A stretch of DNA of 64,000 bases from a virus. The notes below the pieces were generated by a model. The model was not told where the DNA came from. It did no database searches and saw only the letters and a program-made list of their open reading frames with translations. Both the position numbers and the translations under genes were made by a program. Within the stretch, counting starts at the first letter, position 1. Each line of letters begins with the position of its first letter. This document shows positions 35,543 to 45,758 of the stretch, piece by piece. Location of the stretch: positions 1-64,000 of IMG/VR virus record IMGVR_UViG_3300029870_000003. One strand, given 5' to 3'.

Positions 35543-37246
35543 ATGTATAAAATGAAGAAAGATTGTTTTAAGAATTTTACGAGCGGTCAGTTCATCTTCA
35601 AGATGATTCTGATGCTTCTTGCCGTTGTTACAGGCGGTGGTATTCTTGCCATGGCTGATACCGCAGAGCCAACTACCCAGATTGGCGACGAGGGTCATGA
35701 GCCATCAACCAAGGCTGATGCTGCAACCGAACCAGTTGACCCAGAAAAGTCAGACCGATTGGCTCCAGGCGGTAAGGTGGAAGGTCAGGACTTGACCGGC
35801 ACGCAGGCTTCTGCAACCCAGATTCGAAAAGGTGGACTTGCCGAAGAGGATTGGGACGCCGAGGTAGAGAAGTATCGTCCTTTCCGCACTCCATTACTGC
35901 AGATTATCCGAAAGGTTACAAGGACGGTTCCTAGTGCGGGCTATGAAAAGAAGCACTCCCGTGTGGGTGGTGATACCCTTGACGGCAAGATTACCAAGGC
36001 GATTGATGCGGTTGAGGCTGGTGGTACTATCAAGTTTTCAAAAGCAAACTTCTCTGGTTCACTTCTTCCTCTCTACAAAGGTAGTACAGTTATTGTTCCT
36101 TCTGTTCCTGGTTACGAGCCTGGTTCCAAGACCAAGGTTAGCGGTCGCTTGAATCTGTTGGTTATCGAGAAGACAAAGGATGAAGTTACCTTGCAGGCTC
36201 TCAATGGTCCTGCCGAGACAGAGGGTACTGTAGGCGAAACGCTTGATACCATGGGTTGCCCAGCTATTCCAGCCAACAGTCGCATTCTCTGTGCTTCTAC
36301 CATTCTCTCCGAGAGCCAGATGAACGTTCCGCCAGAGAACTATCAGCCTCGCAATGCGGAGGTTTACTTGCAGAAGCGTGCGTTCTCCATCATCTTTACC
36401 GAGGAGTTTGAGAAGATCAAGAAGAAGGCTCCTCATACCGTTGCCGACATGAAGGAAGATGCTCTCACTAAGTTCTTGCTTCGTCAGGAACGCAGTTACC
36501 TATATGGTACCAAGCGAAAGTTCCTTATGGAGACCAAGGACGGTGCTCAGGAGTACGCTTACTCTGCTGAGGGTATCATCAATCAGTTGACTAACGCTTA
36601 TGGCATCGGCGAGGTCTATACTTTCGCTGACCTCATCGCCATCGCCAAGCTGATGTTCACCGACTTCGCCGAGTCTGATGAAATGTATATCTTCTGTGGC
36701 AAGAATGCCATCGAGCGACTGATGAAGATTGAGCTTCCTAAGGGTCGTGATGTAATGTTCTCTACTGTCAAGGAGTTCGATATTACCTTCAGTAGCTTCA
36801 AGTGTAACTATGGTACACTCAACTTCGCTTGGGATAGCACACTCGACTACATGGATTTGGAAGACTGCATGATTGGTGCCGACTTCAAGGGTGCTCGTCA
36901 CTACGTCAAGGAGAAAAGCAAAGAGCGCACCAACGACTTGTCGAAGGATGCTTACGACCCACGTCTGGCTAAGCGATACATGCACTGGGAGGCTGATTGC
37001 GTTGCTCTCCGTGGTTACAACAGCATCATCGCTGGTCCAGAGGATAAGATTTCTGCTCTCGGCGCATCGGGCGTTATCAACAACATCATCTCGCTGAGCA
37101 CTCTGCCAGAGACTCCTCGTGATGGTATGATTGTCGCATTGACTGCCGATTATGAGTCAGGCGGCATCAAGTACGAGAAGGAGAATGTTTACATCTGGAA
37201 GGGCAGTAAATGGGAAATCTTCTCAGGTCAGATTGTTGCAGCCTAA
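35543..37246 (+). CDS. Putative major capsid protein (567 aa; start may be internal)
   Basis: Position after the scaffold; size and composition consistent with an HK97-fold capsid protein; no motif-level proof. Confidence 0.4.
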   Translation: MYKMKKDCFKNFTSGQFIFKMILMLLAVVTGGGILAMADTAEPTTQIGDEGHEPSTKADAATEPVDPEKSDRLAPGGKVEGQDLTGTQASATQIRKGGLAEEDWDAEVEKYRPFRTPLLQIIRKVTRTVPSAGYEKKHSRVGGDTLDGKITKAIDAVEAGGTIKFSKANFSGSLLPLYKGSTVIVPSVPGYEPGSKTKVSGRLNLLVIEKTKDEVTLQALNGPAETEGTVGETLDTMGCPAIPANSRILCASTILSESQMNVPPENYQPRNAEVYLQKRAFSIIFTEEFEKIKKKAPHTVADMKEDALTKFLLRQERSYLYGTKRKFLMETKDGAQEYAYSAEGIINQLTNAYGIGEVYTFADLIAIAKLMFTDFAESDEMYIFCGKNAIERLMKIELPKGRDVMFSTVKEFDITFSSFKCNYGTLNFAWDSTLDYMDLEDCMIGADFKGARHYVKEKSKERTNDLSKDAYDPRLAKRYMHWEADCVALRGYNSIIAGPEDKISALGASGVINNIISLSTLPETPRDGMIVALTADYESGGIKYEKENVYIWKGSKWEIFSGQIVAA

Positions 37247-37317
37247 GTAAATAACTGAATAACAAGTGACTGGTTCACACTGGTCACATGTTATTCAAAC
37301 TATAAAGAATTAGAGAT

Positions 37318-37764
37318 ATGATTAAGATATATAGATATAATGCAAACCGAAACACGGTCAGTCACATTCTTCCGGGAAAGAACGGCGTAACCGTCCGTTA
37401 CAACTTCGAGCGAGGCAACGTTATCACCAAGCAGAAGCCTGAACTTATCTTGAAGAATGAGTATGCCCAGAATCTGCTTGAAAGCAGCGAACTGTTCAAA
37501 CAGGGGCTTGTTACGCTTATTCACTCAGAGGAAACCTTGGAGGATAAGTTGAAGAAGGCTGCTGAGCTGGAGAAGAAACCAGCTACAGAAACAAAAAGGG
37601 CTTCTGTCATTGAGGTAGGTTCGGTAGTAACCGCTTCCGACCTGATTGATTTTGTGAACGAGGAAGACAAACGTGAAGGTTCCCGAATGTTCAAGTCCGC
37701 AAGCAGCGCATTGGATTGGGCAACCAAGCACAACTTTGCATTCCCTAATTACAAACCAGAGTAA
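37318..37764 (+). CDS. Hypothetical structural protein (148 aa)
   Basis: ORF in the structural operon. Confidence 0.4.
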   Translation: MIKIYRYNANRNTVSHILPGKNGVTVRYNFERGNVITKQKPELILKNEYAQNLLESSELFKQGLVTLIHSEETLEDKLKKAAELEKKPATETKRASVIEVGSVVTASDLIDFVNEEDKREGSRMFKSASSALDWATKHNFAFPNYKPE

Positions 37765-37778
37765 TATAATAAGGTGAA

Positions 37779-38438
37779 ATGAAGGTAGAAGACATCATAA
37801 AGCAGGTACGTTGGTGCGTAGACGAGGAATCCAACAATACATCGGAAATCACCGATGAGAAGGATGATACGTATATGGACAACATCATCAAGTCGAAGAT
37901 AAACGATGCTTTGCATTGGATCGCCATTAGTGCTGCATCTTCTCCTGTCTTATCCGACTCCAAGAAGGTAGATGCAACAACCACTTCAACCATTAAGGTA
38001 GAGGAATATGTTGCTGAAAAAGGTATCGGAGTAATTACGATGCCTAGCGATACCGAGATTATCAATATCTCCCGAGTTCGTGGCAAAGGCTGGTTCAAGG
38101 CAGTAACGCCTGTAGAAGATACCGACGATGAGGCTCTAATGATGTTCGATGAAAGTGCAATGGGAACCGCCGACCGACCGCAGGCTGCCATCATGCGAGA
38201 GAATCCTATCAAAATCCTCTTGCAGCCAAAGCCAGAAGAAGCAGTTATTTCCTTTGTAGGCGTTCCAAAGAATGTGGACGTATCATCGGAAACCACCGAT
38301 GTAGCCATCACCGACAAGCTAAAGAATGCCTTCATCTACTATCTCGCCTTCCTGTTACTCTCAGCCTACAATGACAACAAGGCTACCCACATGTACACGA
38401 TAGCCTTGCAGCAGCTAGGCGTGAACTCAAAGCAGTAG
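37779..38438 (+). CDS. Hypothetical structural protein (219 aa)
   Basis: ORF in the structural operon. Confidence 0.4.
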   Translation: MKVEDIIKQVRWCVDEESNNTSEITDEKDDTYMDNIIKSKINDALHWIAISAASSPVLSDSKKVDATTTSTIKVEEYVAEKGIGVITMPSDTEIINISRVRGKGWFKAVTPVEDTDDEALMMFDESAMGTADRPQAAIMRENPIKILLQPKPEEAVISFVGVPKNVDVSSETTDVAITDKLKNAFIYYLAFLLLSAYNDNKATHMYTIALQQLGVNSKQ

Positions 38439-38485
38439 GATAGGGAATCTGTTAATTATAAACTTTAAATTATTAACTGTACAAA

Positions 38486-38764
38486 ATGGAGTATGTATCA
38501 ACGAATTATAATGAGGAAGAACTTGCATGGGTATCACCAGAGATTACCTTGCAGCGAGACATCTATTTGATGATTAAGCTCAAACGCCCCGGGAAACTTC
38601 TGATTAGGCAGGATAAGGGCGACGGAAAGAAGCCTCGTGTTCCCATCCGTGCCCACAAGAACACAGATAAGTTCTATCTCCGCCTCCAGGTTATCCCAGA
38701 GACCGTAAAGATTCAGATATTCACTTCATCAGAACCAAAAGAAATCAAATATGCCTACATTTAG
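38486..38764 (+). CDS. Hypothetical protein (92 aa)
   Basis: ORF overlapping the next start. Confidence 0.35.
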   Translation: MEYVSTNYNEEELAWVSPEITLQRDIYLMIKLKRPGKLLIRQDKGDGKKPRVPIRAHKNTDKFYLRLQVIPETVKIQIFTSSEPKEIKYAYI

Positions 38765-39995
38765 ACAAGATACAAAAATTGGTGGTATGGTGCCGATGAT
38801 GAAAACAGACGACATCAACGACCAAGCCATCACGAAAGACAAGATTCGTGACGGCAATGTTACGACCGAGAAGTTGGCAGAAGGTGCGGTAAGTACAGAC
38901 AAGCTTCCCGATGGAGCCGTCAAGACCGAGAAGATTGCTGACGAGAACGTCACGACAAGCAAGCTCGCCGATGGAGCCGTATCAACTTCAAAAATTGCTG
39001 ATCAGAATGTAACCAAGGAGAAAATCGCCGACCAGTCTGTAGATAACTCCAAACTTTCCCCTGAGGCTGTCACATACGATAAGGTCAAGAATAAGGCAAT
39101 CATCACCGAGAAGCTGAACGATAGAGCCGTAACAACAGAGAAGGTAGAGGAAAAGGCTATAACCAACCCAAAGCTTGGAGATCAGTCTGTAGATGGCAGG
39201 GTAGTCCGTGAGGCATCCTTGGAATCCAAGCATTTCGCCAACGAGTCTGTAACAACGGAAAAGGTAGCAAGAAAGTCTATCACCAACGATAAGATTGCTG
39301 ACGGAACGTTGAAAAAGGATAAACTAGACCCAGAACTTCGCAAGGCGATAGAATCTGCAACTGGTCTTCCTGATGAACTTGTAGAAATGATTCAGAACGT
39401 TGACGAGAATCTAGCCAAGCTGAATGATACGGTATATCCAATCATCTTGGACTTCACCATCACCCCGAATGTAGGTACGATGCAGACAGAGATTCGCTAT
39501 TCTGTTTCAAGCGACAATAAGCCCCTTGTACCTGATACTTCCATCATCAGTAAGCAGATTAACGACAATGCCGCAAAGAATATCTCAACCACTCCATCAT
39601 CTGGTGGAACTCTATCCACCCCAATCGAAGGAGCAAGAGAAATCTTCAAGTTTGCAGTAACCAAAAAAGGCAGAACTGGCAAGAGTACATCTCAGACTCG
39701 CTATCTCTGCTACTTTGGAGGGAACGCAGCAGCCACCATGACCGCAGAAATTCTCAATACGCTCAACAAGGTATCAGCAACAGGAGTATCATTCAATCCA
39801 AAGGTAACAACCAAGGATAATGATTACATCTGGCTAGTAGTACCTAGTTATCTCTCTATCAGCCGTGCAACAAGTGCAGGATTTGATGTAACCCTTGCCG
39901 CTCCTCAGACCATCACCAATAGTCTAGGCAGTTTCAAGGCATACCGCACAGCCAATCCTCTCACCGCAGCTACATGGAATTTGGTAATATCATAA
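38751..39995 (+). CDS. Repeat protein (414 aa) with about 14 tandem decapeptides (AVTTEKLADG-like)
   Basis: 30-bp periodic coding repeats at 38826-39300; C-terminal Thr/Ser-rich domain; probable fibre or decoration protein. Confidence 0.5.
   Translation: MPTFRQDTKIGGMVPMMKTDDINDQAITKDKIRDGNVTTEKLAEGAVSTDKLPDGAVKTEKIADENVTTSKLADGAVSTSKIADQNVTKEKIADQSVDNSKLSPEAVTYDKVKNKAIITEKLNDRAVTTEKVEEKAITNPKLGDQSVDGRVVREASLESKHFANESVTTEKVARKSITNDKIADGTLKKDKLDPELRKAIESATGLPDELVEMIQNVDENLAKLNDTVYPIILDFTITPNVGTMQTEIRYSVSSDNKPLVPDTSIISKQINDNAAKNISTTPSSGGTLSTPIEGAREIFKFAVTKKGRTGKSTSQTRYLCYFGGNAAATMTAEILNTLNKVSATGVSFNPKVTTKDNDYIWLVVPSYLSISRATSAGFDVTLAAPQTITNSLGSFKAYRTANPLTAATWNLVIS
38826..39300 (+). repeat. 30-bp degenerate tandem coding repeats (decapeptide array)
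   Basis: In-frame periodicity xVT(T/K)(E/S)K(L/I)AD(G/Q). Confidence 0.5.
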
Positions 39996-40015
39996 ACGTA
40001 TAAAGATTATATAAT

Positions 40016-43000
40016 ATGAGTATAAATTTAACAGACGAGCTTCTAGCCAGGACCAAGAAGGGTAAGATTGCCTCTGCAAAGCAAGTATTTCTTAATGGAG
40101 ACCAAGAGAACTTGCAGCAGATAGGTGAAAAGACCCATCAGTTGGAGGATGCTATCAAAGACATCACCGTCTCAGGTGGAGCATCTACTGCCAATGCTGT
40201 CTCTTATAACAATGAGACTAGTGGTATGACTGCTATTACCGCACAAGGAGCAATAGATGAACTTGCTGCAAAGAACCAAGAGCAAGATACTGCTATTGGT
40301 ACTAAGGCAGAGAAGTCAGAGGTAGCTACAGAACTTGATAAGAAGTTCGACAATGAGAACATAGCCCAAGAGTTTGGTGATTCAAAGGATAAAGTAGTCT
40401 CTCAGTTTGCCCTTCCATTCCGTGAAATTGAGTCTCCAGAGTTCATCAAGGCAATTGTAGATGCAGAAGACCACTTCCTTTTTGGTATTCAACTTGATGG
40501 CTCCGTTGAATGGGGCAAGGGTGTTCCTGCACCAATCAGACAGAGAATCCAAGAAGTCATGAATTATGTAGGTGATGAGTTTGCTAGTTTATCAGACAAG
40601 ATAGAATCTATCAAACTTGAATTGTCTGGCTCTTTACAAACTTATCAGCAAACAACAGATGCTACTCTTGCCAACCTCAAAGAAACCAAGGTTAATAAGG
40701 AGGAAGGCAAGTCTCTCATTGAAGATGAAGTAAAAGAGTGCTTTAGAATAATTGAGAACGAAGAGTTCCTAAAAGCTATAGTGGATTCAGATGATAAGGT
40801 TCTGTTTGGTTTTTACAGAGCATCTGGCGAGCCATATTATCCTCTCAATGAAATGTATCATGTCATTCAGAATGAGGAATACTTTGCTGCTTGGGTTACT
40901 ACTGACGATAAAGTAGTTCTTGGTATCAGAAGAGACGGAGAAATCATTGGTGAAATCCACGCAGTCAATGCCTTGAAGAAAGTTATCTCTCAGCTTCAAT
41001 CAGATGTAGCTTCTTTACAGGAAAAGGTAGCTACAATAGATACCAATCTCAAAGAACTTCTTGACGTTTTCTCTTTACAGGAGAATCCTGAGTATCTTGC
41101 AGTAGAGAAAGATGCAGAAGGAAAGATTCTTTCTTCCACAAATCCCGATGGCAGTCACTATATCCATAATGCCAAGTCCGAGACTATCCCAGAAGAGTTT
41201 TCTCATATTGAAGACCATGAGGGAAGGACTGAGATTACAACTGATGCAGATGATAGGATTCTTGCATATAGAGATTCTGAAGGTAAGAAGCATGAGCATA
41301 GTATGGAAACCAAGAATCTTGAAGTATCAAATCTCAATCTCAAAGGCAATAGTGTGAACAATATCCAAGATGCTCTCAAAGCAAATGGCTTTGATGTTAA
41401 AACTCCTATAGATTGGAGTGATAGTAGCTTTATTCAAATTCCAGAGCCACGCTTTGCTATCATCAATATTACAAACATAGATTCCATGCCAACAACTAAG
41501 AAAGATAACAAGAAGGCATTCTTGGAGTTTTGGGATATGCAGGGTAACTACTTTAAAAAGTATGCTATTCTTAATGCACAAGGTAGCTCCTCTTTGGCTT
41601 TTCGCAAGAAGAGTGTAGCTATTGACTTTTGTGATGATGAGTGGGTAGGTGATGATACACCTAAAATAAGAATTGGAAATTGGGTTCCACAAGACAGCTT
41701 CCACATGAAGGCTTACTACACTGACTTCTTCCGTGGTGTAGGTGCAGTGTCCTACAAACTCTATGACCAGATTGTACGTACAAGGGGTAACATGTATGAC
41801 CGTCCTTGGAAGAAGGCTCTTATCGACATGTCTAAAATAGGAGTTACTACCAAGAGCCTCGGCAATCCTTATGTAGGTAACTACTCTCTACTTACAGATA
41901 CAGGAGCAAGATGTTTCCCTGACGGTTTCCCTGTTGCTGTTTACTTTAAGGGTGAGTTCTACGGTATCTTCTCTTTCCAGTTGAAGAAACACCGTGACAA
42001 CTATCACTTGGACAAAGGTACTGCTGAGAATGTACATCTTGATGGTATTATCCATTATGACACTCTTTGGAATGGCACGATAAACTGGGGCACTGGTGAG
42101 AATAGTTTTGAGATACGCAATCCAAAGAATCTATATGCCATTGGAGGCAACAAGTATGATGCTGACATCAAACAGGAGGAGATAGCAGGACAGACAGAAG
42201 TGGATGCTTGGATAACGGCAGGACAACTTCCTGATGGCACTGCCATATCATCCAAAATCAAGAAAAACCTACAAATGACTGCCAAGGTTAAGAAGTATAT
42301 CCAAGACTTTGCCAATTCCCTCAATATCATTAAAGATGCTGCAACAATTTATGAATCATCAAGCAAGACAGAGGACGATTTGAAGGCATTCAAGCAAGTG
42401 TTTGAAAAGTATTATGATGCAGATAATCTTATTGATTATCTTATCATTATTGATATTTTGAGAGATGGAGACTCTACTAGAAAGAATTGGCAGTGGTTTA
42501 CCTATGATGGTATTAAATGGTGGGTAGGATTATACGATTGTGATTGTGTCTTTGGAGCTTCGTTCTCAGGAATGAATATAATGCCACCAGTTAATTATCA
42601 TCAAGGTTCAAATGGTAATCTTCCATTAACGTTTATACTAAAGTACTATATGGATGCCTTAAATAATCGGTATAAAATCTTAGCAGATATGGGTATAATT
42701 TCTGCTGACCACATCATAGGACTTCTTCAAGACTGGTGTATGCGTATAGGTACAGACTTCTTTAAGGAAGAATACAAGAAATGGTCTGATTCTCCATGTA
42801 TAGCAGATAGTGTTGTAAGAGACAACTATTGGGAAGCTGTTCTTGATGATAGCGGAAATCTACAGACAGATACATCTGAAACCTACAATGCAACCAAAGC
42901 ATACAATGTTGGTGATGTTGTGTCATTTGGACTTAATGCTGATATGGGCTACTTCAAATACAAGTGTATCAAGGCTACTGTAGCTTTATCAGAAAACATT

Positions 43001-43132
43001 CCCCATAATGTTAGTGCTTATTCTCCAATTAAAGTATTTAAGCACTGTGATAACATATACAGGGTACAGAAATGGATTGAGCAAAATATTGCCATCATGG
43101 ATAAGTTGTATCATTATACAAGAAACAATTAA
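40016..43132 (+). CDS. Tail fibre / host-interaction protein (1038 aa) with five repeats of about 33 aa and a CotH-like C-terminal domain
   Basis: Repeats E(N/S)(P/E)E(F/Y)(I/L)KAIVD..D..LFGI..DG at residues 140-430; C-terminal NWQWFTYDGIKWWVGLYDCDCVFG resembles the CotH kinase-family signature. Confidence 0.5.
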   Translation: MSINLTDELLARTKKGKIASAKQVFLNGDQENLQQIGEKTHQLEDAIKDITVSGGASTANAVSYNNETSGMTAITAQGAIDELAAKNQEQDTAIGTKAEKSEVATELDKKFDNENIAQEFGDSKDKVVSQFALPFREIESPEFIKAIVDAEDHFLFGIQLDGSVEWGKGVPAPIRQRIQEVMNYVGDEFASLSDKIESIKLELSGSLQTYQQTTDATLANLKETKVNKEEGKSLIEDEVKECFRIIENEEFLKAIVDSDDKVLFGFYRASGEPYYPLNEMYHVIQNEEYFAAWVTTDDKVVLGIRRDGEIIGEIHAVNALKKVISQLQSDVASLQEKVATIDTNLKELLDVFSLQENPEYLAVEKDAEGKILSSTNPDGSHYIHNAKSETIPEEFSHIEDHEGRTEITTDADDRILAYRDSEGKKHEHSMETKNLEVSNLNLKGNSVNNIQDALKANGFDVKTPIDWSDSSFIQIPEPRFAIINITNIDSMPTTKKDNKKAFLEFWDMQGNYFKKYAILNAQGSSSLAFRKKSVAIDFCDDEWVGDDTPKIRIGNWVPQDSFHMKAYYTDFFRGVGAVSYKLYDQIVRTRGNMYDRPWKKALIDMSKIGVTTKSLGNPYVGNYSLLTDTGARCFPDGFPVAVYFKGEFYGIFSFQLKKHRDNYHLDKGTAENVHLDGIIHYDTLWNGTINWGTGENSFEIRNPKNLYAIGGNKYDADIKQEEIAGQTEVDAWITAGQLPDGTAISSKIKKNLQMTAKVKKYIQDFANSLNIIKDAATIYESSSKTEDDLKAFKQVFEKYYDADNLIDYLIIIDILRDGDSTRKNWQWFTYDGIKWWVGLYDCDCVFGASFSGMNIMPPVNYHQGSNGNLPLTFILKYYMDALNNRYKILADMGIISADHIIGLLQDWCMRIGTDFFKEEYKKWSDSPCIADSVVRDNYWEAVLDDSGNLQTDTSETYNATKAYNVGDVVSFGLNADMGYFKYKCIKATVALSENIPHNVSAYSPIKVFKHCDNIYRVQKWIEQNIAIMDKLYHYTRNN

Positions 43133-43155
43133 TAATAATTTAAATATTACAGATT

Positions 43156-44229
43156 ATGAATAGATGTTTAGTAACAAAATTAACTGGTAGTGTTGACAAC
43201 ACATCACTGCTGCGACTGGGAGAAATGCGTATTGGTATCAGTAAGATAGATTCTCCTAATCACTGGACACAGGGTTTTAACATCAAAGTCAACAAGTTAA
43301 CCGTATTGGAAATTATTGGTGACGGTTACTTCACTGATGTAAACCTTACTGCAAACAATGGCAAGAAGATTACTCTGAATCCTAATGTCTTCGAGAAAGT
43401 ATATGTAAGCAATGGCAATTTTGAAGTTGCTATTCTTGATAAGTATGCCCTCGTTACTATATTTGACTATGATACTTATAGCGCAGGTAATTCTACTTAT
43501 TCTCAAAAGAATAAATCAATATCTGATATAGGTTTCTTTAAATATAGCACTGCTCTGACTTCCTTGGGTCTCAGCAACACAAACATTAGTGGTGATATTG
43601 CTAATTTGAAGAATCTTACAGCTCTGACCCGTATTGGGTTGACTGACGCAAACATTAGTGGTGATATTGCTAATTTGAAGAATCTTACAGCTCTGACTAT
43701 TCTAAAATTGTCTAACACACATGTCAGTGGTGATATTGCTAATTTGAAGAATCTTACAGCTCTGACCGATATGGAGTTGTCTAACACACATATCAGTGGT
43801 GATATTGCTAATTTGAAGAATCTTACAGCTCTGACCGATATGCTGTTGTCTAACACACAGATTCCCCTGACAGGAGAAATAAGTGCTCTGAGTACTCTGT
43901 CTAAGTGTAACACTATAAGTTTACAATACAGCAAACTTACTGGTGACTTGGCTATTCTTCCTAATGCTTGTTGTGAAGTTTATCTATATTACAATAAAGG
44001 TTCAGTATTTACATGGAGTACACGTCCTTCCTCCGCCTATATTATTTCTTTGGGAGGCGCTTCACTGTATAGCAATGTTGACAAGATGCTGCAAGACCAA
44101 GCACAGTGTCAGGTTGGACCAACAGCAAATAAGACTATCTCAGCTACTGGTACTCGCACCTCGGCATCAGATGCAGCAGTAACAACCTTGCAGCAGAAGG
44201 GATACACGGTGTCAATCACTCCTGCATAA
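43156..44229 (+). CDS. Leucine-rich-repeat protein (357 aa), probable receptor-binding or host-interaction protein
   Basis: Four near-identical 23-aa LRR units SNT.ISGDIANLKNLTALT...L. Confidence 0.55.
   Translation: MNRCLVTKLTGSVDNTSLLRLGEMRIGISKIDSPNHWTQGFNIKVNKLTVLEIIGDGYFTDVNLTANNGKKITLNPNVFEKVYVSNGNFEVAILDKYALVTIFDYDTYSAGNSTYSQKNKSISDIGFFKYSTALTSLGLSNTNISGDIANLKNLTALTRIGLTDANISGDIANLKNLTALTILKLSNTHVSGDIANLKNLTALTDMELSNTHISGDIANLKNLTALTDMLLSNTQIPLTGEISALSTLSKCNTISLQYSKLTGDLAILPNACCEVYLYYNKGSVFTWSTRPSSAYIISLGGASLYSNVDKMLQDQAQCQVGPTANKTISATGTRTSASDAAVTTLQQKGYTVSITPA
43561..43866 (+). repeat. 69-bp tandem repeats (4 copies; 38-bp identical core ggtgatattgctaatttgaagaatcttacagctctgac)
   Basis: Core starts at 43591, 43660, 43729 and 43798. 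Confidence 0.7.
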
Positions 44230-44272
44230 GCTATCATAAGTTTAACATTAAAGCAAAGAAAGGAAACAAGAT

Positions 44273-44470
44273 ATGAATAAGTTAACAAAGAAGTATAAGG
44301 TAGTACATGAGGGAACCAAGATGGTGTTCCCTCTCACAGAGGAAGGTGACAATGCTGAGGTATTTCCAGCAGTGAATGCCACCGCAGTAGAGTTTGACAC
44401 ATACCCAGAAGCCAAGGCTTACGTAGATAAGCATAACTTGGTGTATGAGGAACCAAAGTATGTGGAGTAA
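44273..44470 (+). CDS. Hypothetical small protein (65 aa)
   Basis: Last plus-strand ORF of the structural block, followed by a terminator. Confidence 0.35.
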   Translation: MNKLTKKYKVVHEGTKMVFPLTEEGDNAEVFPAVNATAVEFDTYPEAKAYVDKHNLVYEEPKYVE

Positions 44471-44493
44471 GCCATAAAGATAAAGAAGAAGGG

Positions 44494-44520
44494 AGTGTTG
44501 CTTAGCACTCCCTTTTCTTG
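44494..44520. terminator. Bidirectional hairpin agggagtg-ttgcttag-cactccct followed by tttcttg
   Basis: Lies between convergent genes. Confidence 0.5.
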
Positions 44521-44546
44521 TATTTCCTTTTCAATTTTTTCTGTTC

Positions 44547-44798
44547 CTATTTTAACTTAAGCAGTTCATCATCATCTACTACACCGGGTAATTGGATAAC
44601 CAAACACTCATTTCCTGGCTTCTTTAAGCATAAACTACCAAAAGCTAGAAACGCAACATCAACAATAGGCAGGAATATACCCATAAGTATATAATCTGAA
44701 ACTGGTGCTTCGTTATGGATTGCTATTGCAACAAATCCTGCATCAATGATAATGCAACCAAGCACTCCTATAATATAAGATATAATTTTCTTCTTCAT
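44547..44798 (-). CDS. Small two-TM membrane protein (83 aa)
   Basis: Hydrophobic helices; own -7 box at 44821-44828 (caaagata). Confidence 0.4.
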   Translation of the reverse strand: MKKKIISYIIGVLGCIIIDAGFVAIAIHNEAPVSDYILMGIFLPIVDVAFLAFGSLCLKKPGNECLVIQLPGVVDDDELLKLK

Positions 44799-44834
44799 AA
44801 ATTTGAATGTTTAATTGGTGCAAAGATACAATAA

Positions 44835-45233
44835 TTATTCAAGACTTGCTCCTTTTTGGGTGTTAAAAAATGTAGCCTGCACCAACCCACCAAGCAAATA
44901 GCAAGCCTCCTCCCCATACATATTAACCATAAACACCTCCGAAATATGCTGAACCACATGCAGCATTTCGTGGCTGAGGCTATTCATATACTCCGCCCTC
45001 GAACTAGTCCACCCAATTACTACCACCGTTTTTCTTATATCAACATTAGAATAGGTTATCCCTTTATTGGCTTCACCTTCGAGCACGAGATTACAGGCAT
45101 CTTCGAGAGGAATGCCGCTGCATCCCAAATCCCGAAGATACCTTCTAACCTTCATGGCATCCTTAGAATGAACATCGTACATCACATGTACCGTCCAGTC
45201 ATACCTTTCCAAGTAAATCTCCTGCTCAGTCAA
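44835..45233 (-). CDS. Small zinc metallopeptidase-like protein (132 aa) with HExxH
   Basis: SLSHEMLHVVQHI motif; size and context resemble ImmA/IrrE- or SprT-like minimal zincins. Confidence 0.45.
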   Translation of the reverse strand: MTEQEIYLERYDWTVHVMYDVHSKDAMKVRRYLRDLGCSGIPLEDACNLVLEGEANKGITYSNVDIRKTVVVIGWTSSRAEYMNSLSHEMLHVVQHISEVFMVNMYGEEACYLLGGLVQATFFNTQKGASLE

Positions 45234-45263
45234 AACTATAAACTTTAAATTATCAACTATAAA

Positions 45264-45677
45264 CTACAATATCTCTTCCCAAGGAATGCCTACGCCATTG
45301 AATGACGTATCTGCATAGAAGCGGTTGAAGATGAAACCATCCTGCTGATCCTCATCATCCACGTAGTCTTTGATGAACTGAGCCATCTGTTTCTCCTCCG
45401 TGATAGACGAGCCATAGAAATCAGCCAAGCACATGTGTGCGATGTAAACTGCATCATAGCCCACATTATTCTCCAGCACAATATTGTTCTTCTTCAAGAT
45501 GTCCTCAATATCATCCTTGCTCATCATGCGGATAGGCTTACCGTTCTTCCGCATCTGCTTCACTGCCCACTCACACATCTTCTTATTGAAGTGCCAGCCG
45601 TTGTATCTCAGGTAAGCCCTCATTTCTTCCGGCTGATAATCGTAGGCGTTCAAAGATTGTCTGTATTTTGTTCCCAT
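45264..45677 (-). CDS. Hypothetical protein (137 aa)
   Basis: ORF in the minus-strand accessory operon. Confidence 0.4.
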   Translation of the reverse strand: MGTKYRQSLNAYDYQPEEMRAYLRYNGWHFNKKMCEWAVKQMRKNGKPIRMMSKDDIEDILKKNNIVLENNVGYDAVYIAHMCLADFYGSSITEEKQMAQFIKDYVDDEDQQDGFIFNRFYADTSFNGVGIPWEEIL

Positions 45678-45758
45678 AATCTTAATCGTTTAAAATGAAA
45701 AGAGTGAAGAGGAAAAGCAAATGAATTTTTCACTCTTCGTTCTTCACTCTTCACTTAA

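Noticed and set aside
43561-43866. CRISPR array or diversity-generating retroelement target suggested by near-identical repeats
   Set aside because: The repeats are in-frame 69-bp LRR coding units with no spacers. No reverse transcriptase (YxDD) and no template repeat are present anywhere in the window.
34724-44229. Siphovirus or myovirus tail (tape measure, tube, sheath)
   Set aside because: No long helical Ala/Gly-rich tape-measure protein and no sheath-sized ORF lie between the capsid gene and the fibres. Morphology is left open and may be short-tailed.
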